Source: Rickettsia typhi (lineage in GTDB: Bacteria > Pseudomonadota > Alphaproteobacteria > Rickettsiales > UBA1997). Taken from it: DNA of 64,000 bases. The stretch is taken from positions 119,505 through 183,504 of the forward strand of contig CAMBFC010000002.1 in assembly GCA_945865905.1 (NCBI GenBank). Reading direction: 5' to 3'. Position numbers and translations under genes: made by a program. Position 1 is the first letter of the stretch, and every line of letters starts with the position of its first letter. The notes under the pieces are model-generated. The model worked only from the letters and a program-made list of their open reading frames with translations. It was not told where the DNA came from and made no database searches. This document shows positions 40,808-49,151 of this stretch, piece after piece.

Positions 40808-42061
40808 CTAAATTTTATTCGCCCTCTCCAAATCCTCATGCTCAAAAGCAGAAGACATCCGCTCAATTTCTTTTTTTCTTAAGTTAAAATTTTTAGCTAC
40901 CTCGCGCCATTTAGCAGTCGATTTTGCAACTTCTTTAATAATTTTATTCGCTTCATTTTTATTTAATCTGAAGTTTTCAGAGACCGAGAGCGCAGTTTCT
41001 AATGAGGCAGAGTTATTATTGAAATCGATTGCAGTCGTTAGGATTCTAGGTTTTATTTCAGTTGGTGTTGGGTTAAGGTCATAAGCGGGAGAAAGTCTCC
41101 AACCCTTTTGGCTTTCATAAAGAAATCCGTGATTACGCAAGTGATCATCCGTATTCGAAATTAACACATTAAAAACTATACGCCTCCATAGTTGCTTCAT
41201 ATCTTCATCGGGTGCTGCTCCATATTGCGCTAAAGCATCAGCAATTTCGAGATAGCTGTGTTGCTCATTATCTCTTGCTTGCAACATGCTCATAGCCGAA
41301 AGAAAAGGAATGCGGATTTTTTTGATCCGATCAAAACGCTTAACAATCAAAACTGGCTTTTTGTTAATTTTTTCTAAACTAAATGAAGGCGTTGTGATTC
41401 CTGCATTTTTTGCCAAAGTCAGAGCAACTGCTTCCCATTTTTCTATTTCAAATTCGTCATCTTTTCTTGGAAATTTCGCAATTGCAAGATTGCCATTTTT
41501 ATCAAGCACTGATGATTTAGGCCTCGCACCTCCAAGAGAAGAGCCGGGAGCTAAGAGTAGCTTTAGGTCTTGAGAATTTTCCTTATCGTCAACAAACTTT
41601 TCCGAAGCAGCAAGAAGTTTTGGCAAATCTATTAATGGCGGGATGGATTGTTTGTCTTTCGGGCTTAAAAAATCACCATCAATTTTTTCAGAAAAACGCA
41701 GCGCACCTTGACGCAATTCATCACTTACACCAAGCAGATAATCAGCTTCACTCAAACTGCGAGCCGTTTCTTTTTCATTTTTTGCGCGTCTGCTTTCAGC
41801 TCTTCGCATTAAAACTCTTCCCCAACGATCAGGTGCAGAATCGCCAATTGCACCAAAAATATCTTGATTAATTCCAGTGTGAAATACTCCCTCAGTAAGC
41901 TTCAAAGCCGGTTCAAGTGCAAATCTCTCAGGATAAACAAGCCAGCTTTTATCATATTCAAAAGAAGCGCTCTCTTTACCTCTTTTGGAGTGAAACCAAA
42001 GTCTGCCAATAAAAATATTATTTTCGCCTAAAGCGATGTGGACAAAAATTTCTCTACTCAT
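40808..42061 (-). CDS. hipA: HipA-family Ser/Thr kinase toxin
   Basis: SFEY N-terminal domain, GSSLGGARPK, IAKFP, NTDDHLRNHGF, LSPAYDLNP. Confidence 0.92.
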   Translation of the reverse strand: MSREIFVHIALGENNIFIGRLWFHSKRGKESASFEYDKSWLVYPERFALEPALKLTEGVFHTGINQDIFGAIGDSAPDRWGRVLMRRAESRRAKNEKETARSLSEADYLLGVSDELRQGALRFSEKIDGDFLSPKDKQSIPPLIDLPKLLAASEKFVDDKENSQDLKLLLAPGSSLGGARPKSSVLDKNGNLAIAKFPRKDDEFEIEKWEAVALTLAKNAGITTPSFSLEKINKKPVLIVKRFDRIKKIRIPFLSAMSMLQARDNEQHSYLEIADALAQYGAAPDEDMKQLWRRIVFNVLISNTDDHLRNHGFLYESQKGWRLSPAYDLNPTPTEIKPRILTTAIDFNNNSASLETALSVSENFRLNKNEANKIIKEVAKSTAKWREVAKNFNLRKKEIERMSSAFEHEDLERANKI

Positions 42062-42383
42062 TTGTTATTGTTATTTTTCTTGATCTAATTCTTTTAGGTA
42101 AATTCTCTTCATCAATTTGTCTTCCAACTAAATCATGATTAGAATCAACTAAATCAGAAATTCTACTTATCATCCCAAGCACAAACAAAACTGATACATA
42201 GTTACCCATTGATGTTGTTGGATCACCTTTTTCAATTTTCGCTAAAGTACCACGCGAAATTCCAGCGCGCTCTGCCATTAATTTAGTTGCAATACGACGA
42301 CGGCGACGAGCTTCAGAAATATCCTCACCAATTTTTCGTAACGCTTTTGTAACCGGAATAGGTAATTCTAATGTATTTTTCAT
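42054..42383 (-). CDS. hipB: XRE-family HTH protein, HipB-like antitoxin
   Basis: ARRRRRI...MAERAGISRGTLAKIEKGDP; overlaps the hipA start by 8 bp. Confidence 0.8.
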   Translation of the reverse strand: MKNTLELPIPVTKALRKIGEDISEARRRRRIATKLMAERAGISRGTLAKIEKGDPTTSMGNYVSVLFVLGMISRISDLVDSNHDLVGRQIDEENLPKRIRSRKITITNE

Positions 42384-42420
42384 AAAAAATATAAGGTCTT
42401 ATTTAATAGGCAATATGAGT

Positions 42421-42459
42421 TATAATGACTATTATATAAAGCATTATGCTTTAATGCAA
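42421..42459 (-). promoter_or_regulatory. sigma70 promoter of hipBA with a palindromic candidate operator
   Basis: TTGCAT(42454-59)-N17-TATAAT(42431-36); AAAGCAT-T-ATGCTTT at 42438-42452; TATAAT-gact-ATTATA at 42421-42436. Confidence 0.6.
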
Positions 42460-42726
42460 TAAAAATTCTTAATATTTATAGGTCATTTATACATGAAAAA
42501 TTCATACCATGCAAAATTTACTTATTTTTACAGAGTGTCATGAAGCATCTAGAATCAAGGCTTTAGAGGCTTATAATGGAGCCAAAAATGACATTTTCGT
42601 ATATGGTTTTGTACATGGAAAATTTTTGGATTCAGGCGAAATTAGCTGGATTTCTTTGGAAAGAGGAATGGCCATGAAGCCTCTCGTGCGTAGAATTATC
42701 GGACTTTATTGGATTTCTTTGAAAGT

Positions 42727-42753
42727 GGAATGGTTGCGGGGGCTGGATTTGAA
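42727..42753. repeat. att direct repeat within tRNA-fMet
   Basis: Identical to 38697-38723. Confidence 0.93.
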
Positions 42754-42807
42754 CCAACGACCTTTAGGTTATGAGCCTAACAAGCTACCGGGCTGCTCTA
42801 CCCCGCG
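42731..42807 (-). tRNA. Initiator tRNA-fMet (CAT)
   Basis: CGCGGGGTAGAGCAGCCCGGTAGC...GGCTCATAACC...GGTTCAAATCC...CAACCA; C1:A72 mismatch; encoded CCA. Confidence 0.95.
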
Positions 42808-42845
42808 ACAAAACTATAAACTATCGCAAGTTAAAGCGCAAGTTG

Positions 42846-44042
42846 TTAGTTTGCTCTAACCTCAATCACCTTATCAATAGCGCGAAGCCTCGCCAAATCT
42901 GCTTCATCGAGCAAATAATTTTCTGGCAATGCAACATTGGCTTTTTTATCACCCATCTCTACCACAAAAATTACTTTGGTTTTTTTAGCAAAACTTGCCG
43001 GCGCCAAAAGCTGTGAAAGCACGGTTTTAGAGGTTAGAATAGGATCTCGTTCTTTAACAAAAATTTGCACTTCACTAAAAATTTTTTTCGCTTCAAGCTT
43101 CTCGAGCTTTTGTTTGTAATGGTCTACGACTGGCGCGGCTTTTGCAAAATTATTGCCAGAAGAATTTTCTCCGCCCTTATTATAATTATTTTCTCCACCT
43201 TTATTATATCCCCCACCCCCGCCAAACCTGCGCTGCGGTTGTTTTTTAATATCCTCAAAAGGCTCTTTTGCCGCCTTCACATTTTTGATAAAATCAGCTA
43301 ATTTTTGCACATCACGAATCAAAATCCGCACCCCCCCATCATCTTTTTTTATCAAACACTCAATCACAACTTGGCTGCCATCAACTAATATATCGCGAGC
43401 GTTGGTAATTATAGCTTCGTCAAAAATCATCGCTTCAAAAATCCCCAGCGGATCAGAAATTGTCATATAGGCAAAACGACCGCGCGGCCCCGATCTGTGC
43501 TTGCTGCCAGCAATTACTCCCGCCATTTTTATCAGATTACTATCTTGCAATTCATCTTTCTCAATCTTCTCAGAGAAGACTACGCCTCGCTTCTTAAGCT
43601 CTAACAAGTGATCATCAAGCGGATGTTCGTTCAAAAAAAATCCAAAAGCATCGAACTCTTTTTGTAGACGCTCTTCCTTTGTCCAATCTGCAACTTTTTT
43701 AAGCTCGGGCTTAGATTTTGCTTCATCGAGAAGCTCTCCAAACATGCTCATTTGATTGCTTGAAGCTTCATCTTTTTTTTGATTTGCGGTGGCTGCAATC
43801 AGCTCAAATGATTCAAAAATTTGACGACGATTATCGGCGATAGAATCTAGCGAGCCAGATTTGGCAAGGGCTTCGATTGATTTTTTGTTTATTGCTTTTG
43901 CATCCATTCTGATTGCAAAATCATGAACATCTTTAAATTTTCCTGCTGATTTTCTTTCTGCAACTGCCGCTTCCATCATGCCCAAACCCACGGCTTTAAT
44001 GCCTCCAAGACCAAATCTGATTGCGTATTTTTCTTGCGTCAT
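42846..44042 (-). CDS. dnaE: C-terminal fragment (about 398 aa) of DNA polymerase III alpha: HhH, OB fold and CTD only
   Basis: AIRFGLGGIKAVG, INKKSIEALAKSGSLD, NQMSMFG clamp-binding motif, EFDAFGFFLNEHPL, MAGVI...FAYMTISD. No PHP or palm domain upstream. Confidence 0.85.
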   Translation of the reverse strand: MTQEKYAIRFGLGGIKAVGLGMMEAAVAERKSAGKFKDVHDFAIRMDAKAINKKSIEALAKSGSLDSIADNRRQIFESFELIAATANQKKDEASSNQMSMFGELLDEAKSKPELKKVADWTKEERLQKEFDAFGFFLNEHPLDDHLLELKKRGVVFSEKIEKDELQDSNLIKMAGVIAGSKHRSGPRGRFAYMTISDPLGIFEAMIFDEAIITNARDILVDGSQVVIECLIKKDDGGVRILIRDVQKLADFIKNVKAAKEPFEDIKKQPQRRFGGGGGYNKGGENNYNKGGENSSGNNFAKAAPVVDHYKQKLEKLEAKKIFSEVQIFVKERDPILTSKTVLSQLLAPASFAKKTKVIFVVEMGDKKANVALPENYLLDEADLARLRAIDKVIEVRAN

Positions 44043-44043
44043 T

Positions 44044-44841
44044 TTATAATACAAAAAACAAGATCACTATTCCAAGCACGATTCTGTAGATCGCAAATGG
44101 CACAAAATTATGTTTGCTAACATAACCAATGAACCATTTTATTACTAAAATTGCCGAAATAAATGCCGCGAGAAATCCCACCAAAATTAGCTCAGCACCT
44201 GAAAATGTAAGATTAGCGTAGTTTTTATAGAGATCATAAAAAGTTGCGGCAGCGATTGTTGGAATCGACAAAAAGAAAGAAAATTCTGTAGCGGTTTGAC
44301 GATTAAATTTAAGCAAAAGCCCACCAATTATGGTTGCGCCCGATCTTGATATTCCGGGAATCATTGCAATTGATTGAAAACATCCAATAGCAAAAGCCTT
44401 GAGCGGCGTAACTTCATCGATGTTTTTAATGTTGGATTTTCTTTCTTTGCGATCAACCAAAATCATCACTGCGCCACCAACAATTAACGCCCAAGCAATC
44501 ACTGCACTTGAAAATAAAACTTGTTTTATAAAACTATGAAAAGCCAATCCCAGAAAGGCCGCAGGCAAGAATGCAATCAGCAAATTCAGCAATAATTTTT
44601 GATTATTTTTTTTGTGAAAATCCACTAATAAAGAAAAAATCCGCACGCGATAAATCACCACCACCGCTAAAATAGCACCAAACTGAATGACAATTTCGAA
44701 TAAATTATTTTGAATAGAATTAAAATCAACCAGCCAAGAAAATAATAAAAGATGCGCGGTTGATGAAACTGGAAGAAACTCGGTGAGGCCTTCAACCACA
44801 CCAGAAGCCATTGCTTTTATGAGATCTGGAAAATAATGCAT
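44044..44841 (-). CDS. uppP: Undecaprenyl-diphosphatase (BacA)
   Basis: GVVEGLTEFLPVSSTAHL, IQFGAILAV, IPGISRSGATI, EFSFFLSIP. Confidence 0.97.
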   Translation of the reverse strand: MHYFPDLIKAMASGVVEGLTEFLPVSSTAHLLLFSWLVDFNSIQNNLFEIVIQFGAILAVVVIYRVRIFSLLVDFHKKNNQKLLLNLLIAFLPAAFLGLAFHSFIKQVLFSSAVIAWALIVGGAVMILVDRKERKSNIKNIDEVTPLKAFAIGCFQSIAMIPGISRSGATIIGGLLLKFNRQTATEFSFFLSIPTIAAATFYDLYKNYANLTFSGAELILVGFLAAFISAILVIKWFIGYVSKHNFVPFAIYRIVLGIVILFFVL

Positions 44842-44887
44842 GAGATTGCTTGGGATTTTTTACCCCTCTAATATCGAGGGGTTTAAG

Positions 44888-44973
44888 TGGTACCTCCGAT
44901 CCGAATCGAACGGACACATCCTAGGGATAATAGATTTTGAGTCTATCGCGTCTACCAATTCCGCCACAGAGGC
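44888..44973 (-). tRNA. tRNA-Leu (CAA)
   Basis: GCCTCTGTGGCGGAATTGGTAGACGCG-ATAGA-CTCAAAA-TCTAT, long variable arm, GTTCGATTC, terminal ACCA. Confidence 0.95.
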
Positions 44974-45120
44974 CCAAGTTAAACAAAATCAAATCAAGCT
45001 AAAATGGCTGAAAAGAAAATGCGTCTATTAATCTAAACTAAAATTTTTAAACCGCAATTTTCATTTTCAACCAATCCCAAATGTAGTAAAATCTAAAAAG
45101 TAATAAAAATGGGGAGGCTG

Positions 45121-45149
45121 ATTATAAGGGGGGCGCGGCTAAAAGTCAA
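45121..45149 (-). promoter_or_regulatory. sigma70 promoter for tRNA-Leu, possibly also uppP, dnaE-C and tRNA-fMet
   Basis: TTGACT-N17-TATAAT followed by a GC-rich discriminator (CAGCCTCCCC). Confidence 0.7.
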
Positions 45150-45154
45150 TGCGG

Positions 45155-45314
45155 ATGGTGATTCTGGTTAAAAGAGAGGGGAAAGAGGCTCCTCTGCCTC
45201 TCAGACAGTGATGGTCTAAGGGAGATCTCGTTTGAACTTTTGCTATTTTTATAAGACCATCAAAACTCGATTCAGAGGAGCCTCTTTCCCCTCTCTTTTA
45301 ACCAGAATCACCAT
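45155..45314. repeat. 160-bp palindromic element, copy 2
   Basis: Perfect 42-bp inverted repeats at 45155-45196 and 45273-45314; inner gatggtct/agaccatc stem. Confidence 0.88.
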
Positions 45315-45375
45315 TGACATATTTTATTTTTTGAAACATATAATACTGTCATTATTTAAATTATTTTCTTAAAAA

Positions 45376-45819
45376 ATGAAAACTTTAGGCAAAAAAACTA
45401 ATTATCAATTGCAGCATCCCGATAAAAAAATTTTAGAAGCAGTGAAAAATCCGCATGTTGATGTAGATTATGCGATCAGCTTTTCATGCCCAGAATTTAC
45501 TTCGCTCTGCCCTATTACTAGTCAGCCCGATTTTGCGCATTTGGTTATTGATTATGTGCCCGATAAATCAATTTTAGAAAGCAAATCACTCAAACTTTAT
45601 TTGTTTTCTTATCGCAATCATGGCGCGTTTCATGAGGCTTGCACAGTACAAATTGCTAAGGATATAATCGCTTGTATTAAGCCAAAGTGGCTGAGGATTG
45701 GTGGTTATTGGTATCCGCGCGGCGGCATTCCGATTGATGTATTTTTTCAACAAGGAAAATTACCTGCTAATGTTTTTGCGCGAGAACATAAAGTGAAAAG
45801 CTACAAAGGCCGCGGGTAG
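45376..45819 (+). CDS. queF: NADPH-dependent preQ0 reductase (short type)
   Basis: [38 protein letters not shown]. Confidence 0.96.
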   Translation: MKTLGKKTNYQLQHPDKKILEAVKNPHVDVDYAISFSCPEFTSLCPITSQPDFAHLVIDYVPDKSILESKSLKLYLFSYRNHGAFHEACTVQIAKDIIACIKPKWLRIGGYWYPRGGIPIDVFFQQGKLPANVFAREHKVKSYKGRG

Positions 45820-45838
45820 TAAAATAATCAAGATAATA

Positions 45839-46963
45839 TTATTTTACGCGATCGATAATTTCTTCCGCAATTCTTCCAATTAAAATTGCAATTTCTGAAT
45901 GTGGTTTTGCCGATACTACAGGCACCCTCACCTCGCTCGAATCAGATATTTCCTGCATCAAAGGCACTTCACCCAAAAAATCAATTTTCATTTTTTGCGC
46001 TAAATTTTTTGCACCATCTTTACCAAAAATATATTTTTTTTCACCGCCAATTTCTAGATAAGCCATATTTTGAATCAATCCCAAAATCGGAATTTTCAAT
46101 TTGTTAAAACAATCAACAGAACGCACCACATCAATAACGGCAAGGCTTTGCGGCGTTGATATAATTACCACTCCTGCGAGTGGAAATTTTTCAGCGAGAC
46201 TGAGATAGACATCGCCTGTTCCGGGAGGCATATCGATAATCATATAATCAACATCCTTGCCATCAAATTGCCAATTTACACTGCGAATTAATTGGTAGAG
46301 AATTTTAGTGATCATTGGCCCGCGCCATACGCCAGCAGCAGATTCATCGATTAAAGATCCAACAGAAATACATTTTACATCGTGAGAAATTAACGGAATA
46401 ATCAATCCATCTTTCATCGCTGGCTTTTCTGTAAGATTCATCAAATGCGGGATTGACGGACCATAAATATCAGCATCAACCAACGCCACTTTGTGACCGA
46501 TTTTTTTCAATGAAATTGCGATATTTGCTGCCAAGGTAGATTTGCCCACACCACCTTTAGCTGAGGCGATTGCGATGATTTTTTTAACGCCAATTACTGG
46601 CAAAATTTCTTGCCCTAAAAGATTTTTTTGCAGAACGGGATTTTCTTTTTTATCCGCCGAATCTTGTTCAGGCTGATGCGCAGAATCTTTTTTAGAATGA
46701 TTACAATTATCTCCATGAACATGCTTATGCACTTTCGCCGCATTTTTATCTGCCGTTAAAATAATACTAACTTTTTTAATTCCATCTAATTTTTTAATCT
46801 CATTTTCACAATTTTTAACAATTTTTTCTGCCTCATTTTTTGCTAATTCTAAAACACCAATATCAATGGTTAACATCACGCTTCCATCCTTAAAAATCAT
46901 GTCTCCGACGCTTTCCGATAAAATCGAATATTTAGCGAGAATTTTAATAATCTTATCTTGCAT
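45839..46963 (-). CDS. mrp: Mrp/ApbC Fe-S carrier ATPase
   Basis: IASAKGGVGKST, DADIYGPSIP, WRGPM, DMPPGTGD. Confidence 0.94.
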   Translation of the reverse strand: MQDKIIKILAKYSILSESVGDMIFKDGSVMLTIDIGVLELAKNEAEKIVKNCENEIKKLDGIKKVSIILTADKNAAKVHKHVHGDNCNHSKKDSAHQPEQDSADKKENPVLQKNLLGQEILPVIGVKKIIAIASAKGGVGKSTLAANIAISLKKIGHKVALVDADIYGPSIPHLMNLTEKPAMKDGLIIPLISHDVKCISVGSLIDESAAGVWRGPMITKILYQLIRSVNWQFDGKDVDYMIIDMPPGTGDVYLSLAEKFPLAGVVIISTPQSLAVIDVVRSVDCFNKLKIPILGLIQNMAYLEIGGEKKYIFGKDGAKNLAQKMKIDFLGEVPLMQEISDSSEVRVPVVSAKPHSEIAILIGRIAEEIIDRVK

Positions 46964-47069
46964 AATTCAGCTTGTAAAAAGTGTTGAGATAACTATAATT
47001 GACCCATAAATATTATTTTTGAATATTCGCGCCTAGAATCATTCTATTCAAAACCATTTTAACTTTCTA

Positions 47070-48260
47070 ATGCTAAAATTTTTTACTTTAAAAATGAATC
47101 AAGGCCCTTGGGGACCATGGAGTGGTGGCGATGCACCAAAACCACAAAATCCTAATCCACAAAGTGACTCTAATAAAAATTCTGGTGGGGGTTCGCAAAA
47201 CGGCTTCGGTGGCGGCTCAAACAAAAACTCTGGGCAAAATCCAAAAAGCGACAATGATTTTATCAAAAAAATTACCAACTATTTTCAAGCCAATAAATCT
47301 CCTAAACAATTAGCTGGATTAATCACTCTCAGCGTTACTGCATTATGGCTCTCATCTGGTTTTTACAAAATCAATCCCGATGAAAATGGCATAGTTTTAT
47401 ATTTCGGAAAATTCTATTCAATTGCCACTCCCGGATTAAATTATTATATCCCCTACCCATTTGGTGAGCTTGTAAAAAAAAGCGTGACCATAGTTAATAC
47501 CGAAGAATTTGGCTATAATTCTAATGATAAAAAAGATAGCAAAAAAGGTGGTCGCAACTTAGAGGCTGAAAGCCTAATGCTTACTGGTGATGAAAATATT
47601 GTTGATATTGAATTTCAAGTTCAATGGCAAATTAGCAATATTGAAGAGTTCGCTTTTAATATTACTGATAACAATCTGACTATTCGCAAAGCCGCTGAAA
47701 GCGTGATGCGCGAGGTGATTGCTCGCACTCCAATCTCTGAAGCCTTGTCGGATGGAAAAAGCAATATTGAGCAAACCACTCGAGCACTTTTGCAACAAAA
47801 CCTCGATTCTTATAAAGCTGGTGTGCGCATTACATTAGTGCAGCTACGCCGCGTTGATCCACCATCACAAGTGATTGATGCCTTTCGCGATGTGCAAACC
47901 GCTAAGGCCGATAAAGAAAAAGAAATCAACCAAGCGCAAGCTTATGCCAACGATATAATTCCTCGCGCTCGTGGTGCTGCGGCACAATTGCAAGGCCAAG
48001 CAGATGCCTATAAAGCAGAAGTTGTTACAAACGCCGAAGGTGAAGCGGCGCGTTTTATTGCGGTTTATAATCAATATAGCAAATCAAAACAAGTTACTAA
48101 AAAAAGAATTTATCTTGAAACAATGGAAAAAATTTATCGTGAAGCTGATAAAGTTTTAATCGATAAAAACGCTGCCAAATCAAGCGTAACCTCATATTTT
48201 CCACTTAATGATTTAAGTACTAGCGCAATAATAGCAAAACCAAAAACTGAAGCAAAATAA
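47070..48260 (+). CDS. hflK: FtsH modulator HflK
   Basis: GPWG and Gly-rich N-terminus, MLTGDENIVD, VIDAFRDVQ, AQAYAN. Alternative start at 47094. Confidence 0.95.
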   Translation: MLKFFTLKMNQGPWGPWSGGDAPKPQNPNPQSDSNKNSGGGSQNGFGGGSNKNSGQNPKSDNDFIKKITNYFQANKSPKQLAGLITLSVTALWLSSGFYKINPDENGIVLYFGKFYSIATPGLNYYIPYPFGELVKKSVTIVNTEEFGYNSNDKKDSKKGGRNLEAESLMLTGDENIVDIEFQVQWQISNIEEFAFNITDNNLTIRKAAESVMREVIARTPISEALSDGKSNIEQTTRALLQQNLDSYKAGVRITLVQLRRVDPPSQVIDAFRDVQTAKADKEKEINQAQAYANDIIPRARGAAAQLQGQADAYKAEVVTNAEGEAARFIAVYNQYSKSKQVTKKRIYLETMEKIYREADKVLIDKNAAKSSVTSYFPLNDLSTSAIIAKPKTEAK

Positions 48261-48264
48261 AAAT

Positions 48265-49146
48265 ATGGACGAATTTCTTCAAAATAAAAAAGCGATAAAA
48301 ATTGTAGTTGTTAGCACGCTACTTTTAGTATTACTTATTAGCACAATTTTTACTGTTGATCAACGCCAGCAAGCTTTGGTGTTGCAATTTGGCGAACCAA
48401 TCAGATTGATAAAAACTCCCGGATTAAAATTCAAAATGCCATTTTTGCAAAATGTAATTTTGTTTGATAAAAGAATTCTCGACCTTGGAATTCAAGAGCA
48501 AGAAGTAATTTCATCTGATCAAAAACGCCTCATTATCAACGCTTACGCTAAATATAAAATCATTGATCCGCTAAAATTTTATACCACCGTGCGCAGTCAA
48601 TATGGCCTAAACGGAAAACTTAGCGCAATTCTTGATTCTAGTATGCGTCAAGTTATCGGCGAGGTTACTTTAAGTGAATTATTAACCATTGATCGCGCTA
48701 ATGTTATGGCTCGCATCAAAGAAATTGTCAGCAAAGAATCAGTAATTTTTGGCGTTGAAATTGTCGATGTGCGCATCATGCGCGGCGATTTGCCAAAAGA
48801 AAACAGCGAAGCGATTTTTGCTCGCATGCAAACTGAGCGAGAAAAAGAAGCTCGCGAAATTCGCGCCAAAGGTGCCGAAGAAGCAGAAAAAATAAAGGCC
48901 GAAGCCGATAAGCAACGCACAATTATTTTGGCCGATGCCAAGAAAAAATCCGATATCGCCAAAGGTGATGGCGAGGCCAAGGCGGCAATAATTTTTGCTG
49001 GCTCTTACGGCAAAGATCCAGAATTCGCCGATTTTTATCGCTCAATGCGCGCCTATAAAGAGGCTCTGCAAAGCGATAAAACCAGAATGGTGGTTTCTCC
49101 CGATGGCGAATTCTTTAAATATTTTGGTAATAGCAATAGCCGTTAA
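48265..49146 (+). CDS. hflC: FtsH modulator HflC
   Basis: VLQFGEP, PGLKFK, DQKRLI, RMQTEREKEA, FYRSMRAY. Confidence 0.96.
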   Translation: MDEFLQNKKAIKIVVVSTLLLVLLISTIFTVDQRQQALVLQFGEPIRLIKTPGLKFKMPFLQNVILFDKRILDLGIQEQEVISSDQKRLIINAYAKYKIIDPLKFYTTVRSQYGLNGKLSAILDSSMRQVIGEVTLSELLTIDRANVMARIKEIVSKESVIFGVEIVDVRIMRGDLPKENSEAIFARMQTEREKEAREIRAKGAEEAEKIKAEADKQRTIILADAKKKSDIAKGDGEAKAAIIFAGSYGKDPEFADFYRSMRAYKEALQSDKTRMVVSPDGEFFKYFGNSNSR

Positions 49147-49151
49147 AATCT

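Larger units (their letters stand above)
38697..42753. mobile_element. Integrase-less genomic island of about 4 kb at tRNA-fMet
   Basis: 27-bp direct repeats overlapping the tRNA 3' end; cargo of toxin-antitoxin and HEPN genes, all on the minus strand. Confidence 0.85.

Noticed and set aside
42509-42859. 116-aa plus-strand ORF as a possible integrase remnant
   Set aside because: It runs antisense through tRNA-fMet and shows no R-H-R-H-Y or serine recombinase motif.
44000-44054. Split-intein C-terminal half at the start of the dnaE fragment
   Set aside because: No His-Asn/Cys junction or intein-length leader; DnaE homology begins within about 6 residues of the ATG.
45184-45207. AGAGG/CCTCT stem upstream of queF as a preQ1-I riboswitch
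   Set aside because: It lacks the A-rich 3' tail, is part of the palindromic element, and lies upstream of the likely queF promoter.
46690-46740. His-rich linker (HKHVHGDNCNH) in Mrp
   Set aside because: Variable His-rich linkers are known in Mrp/ApbC proteins.
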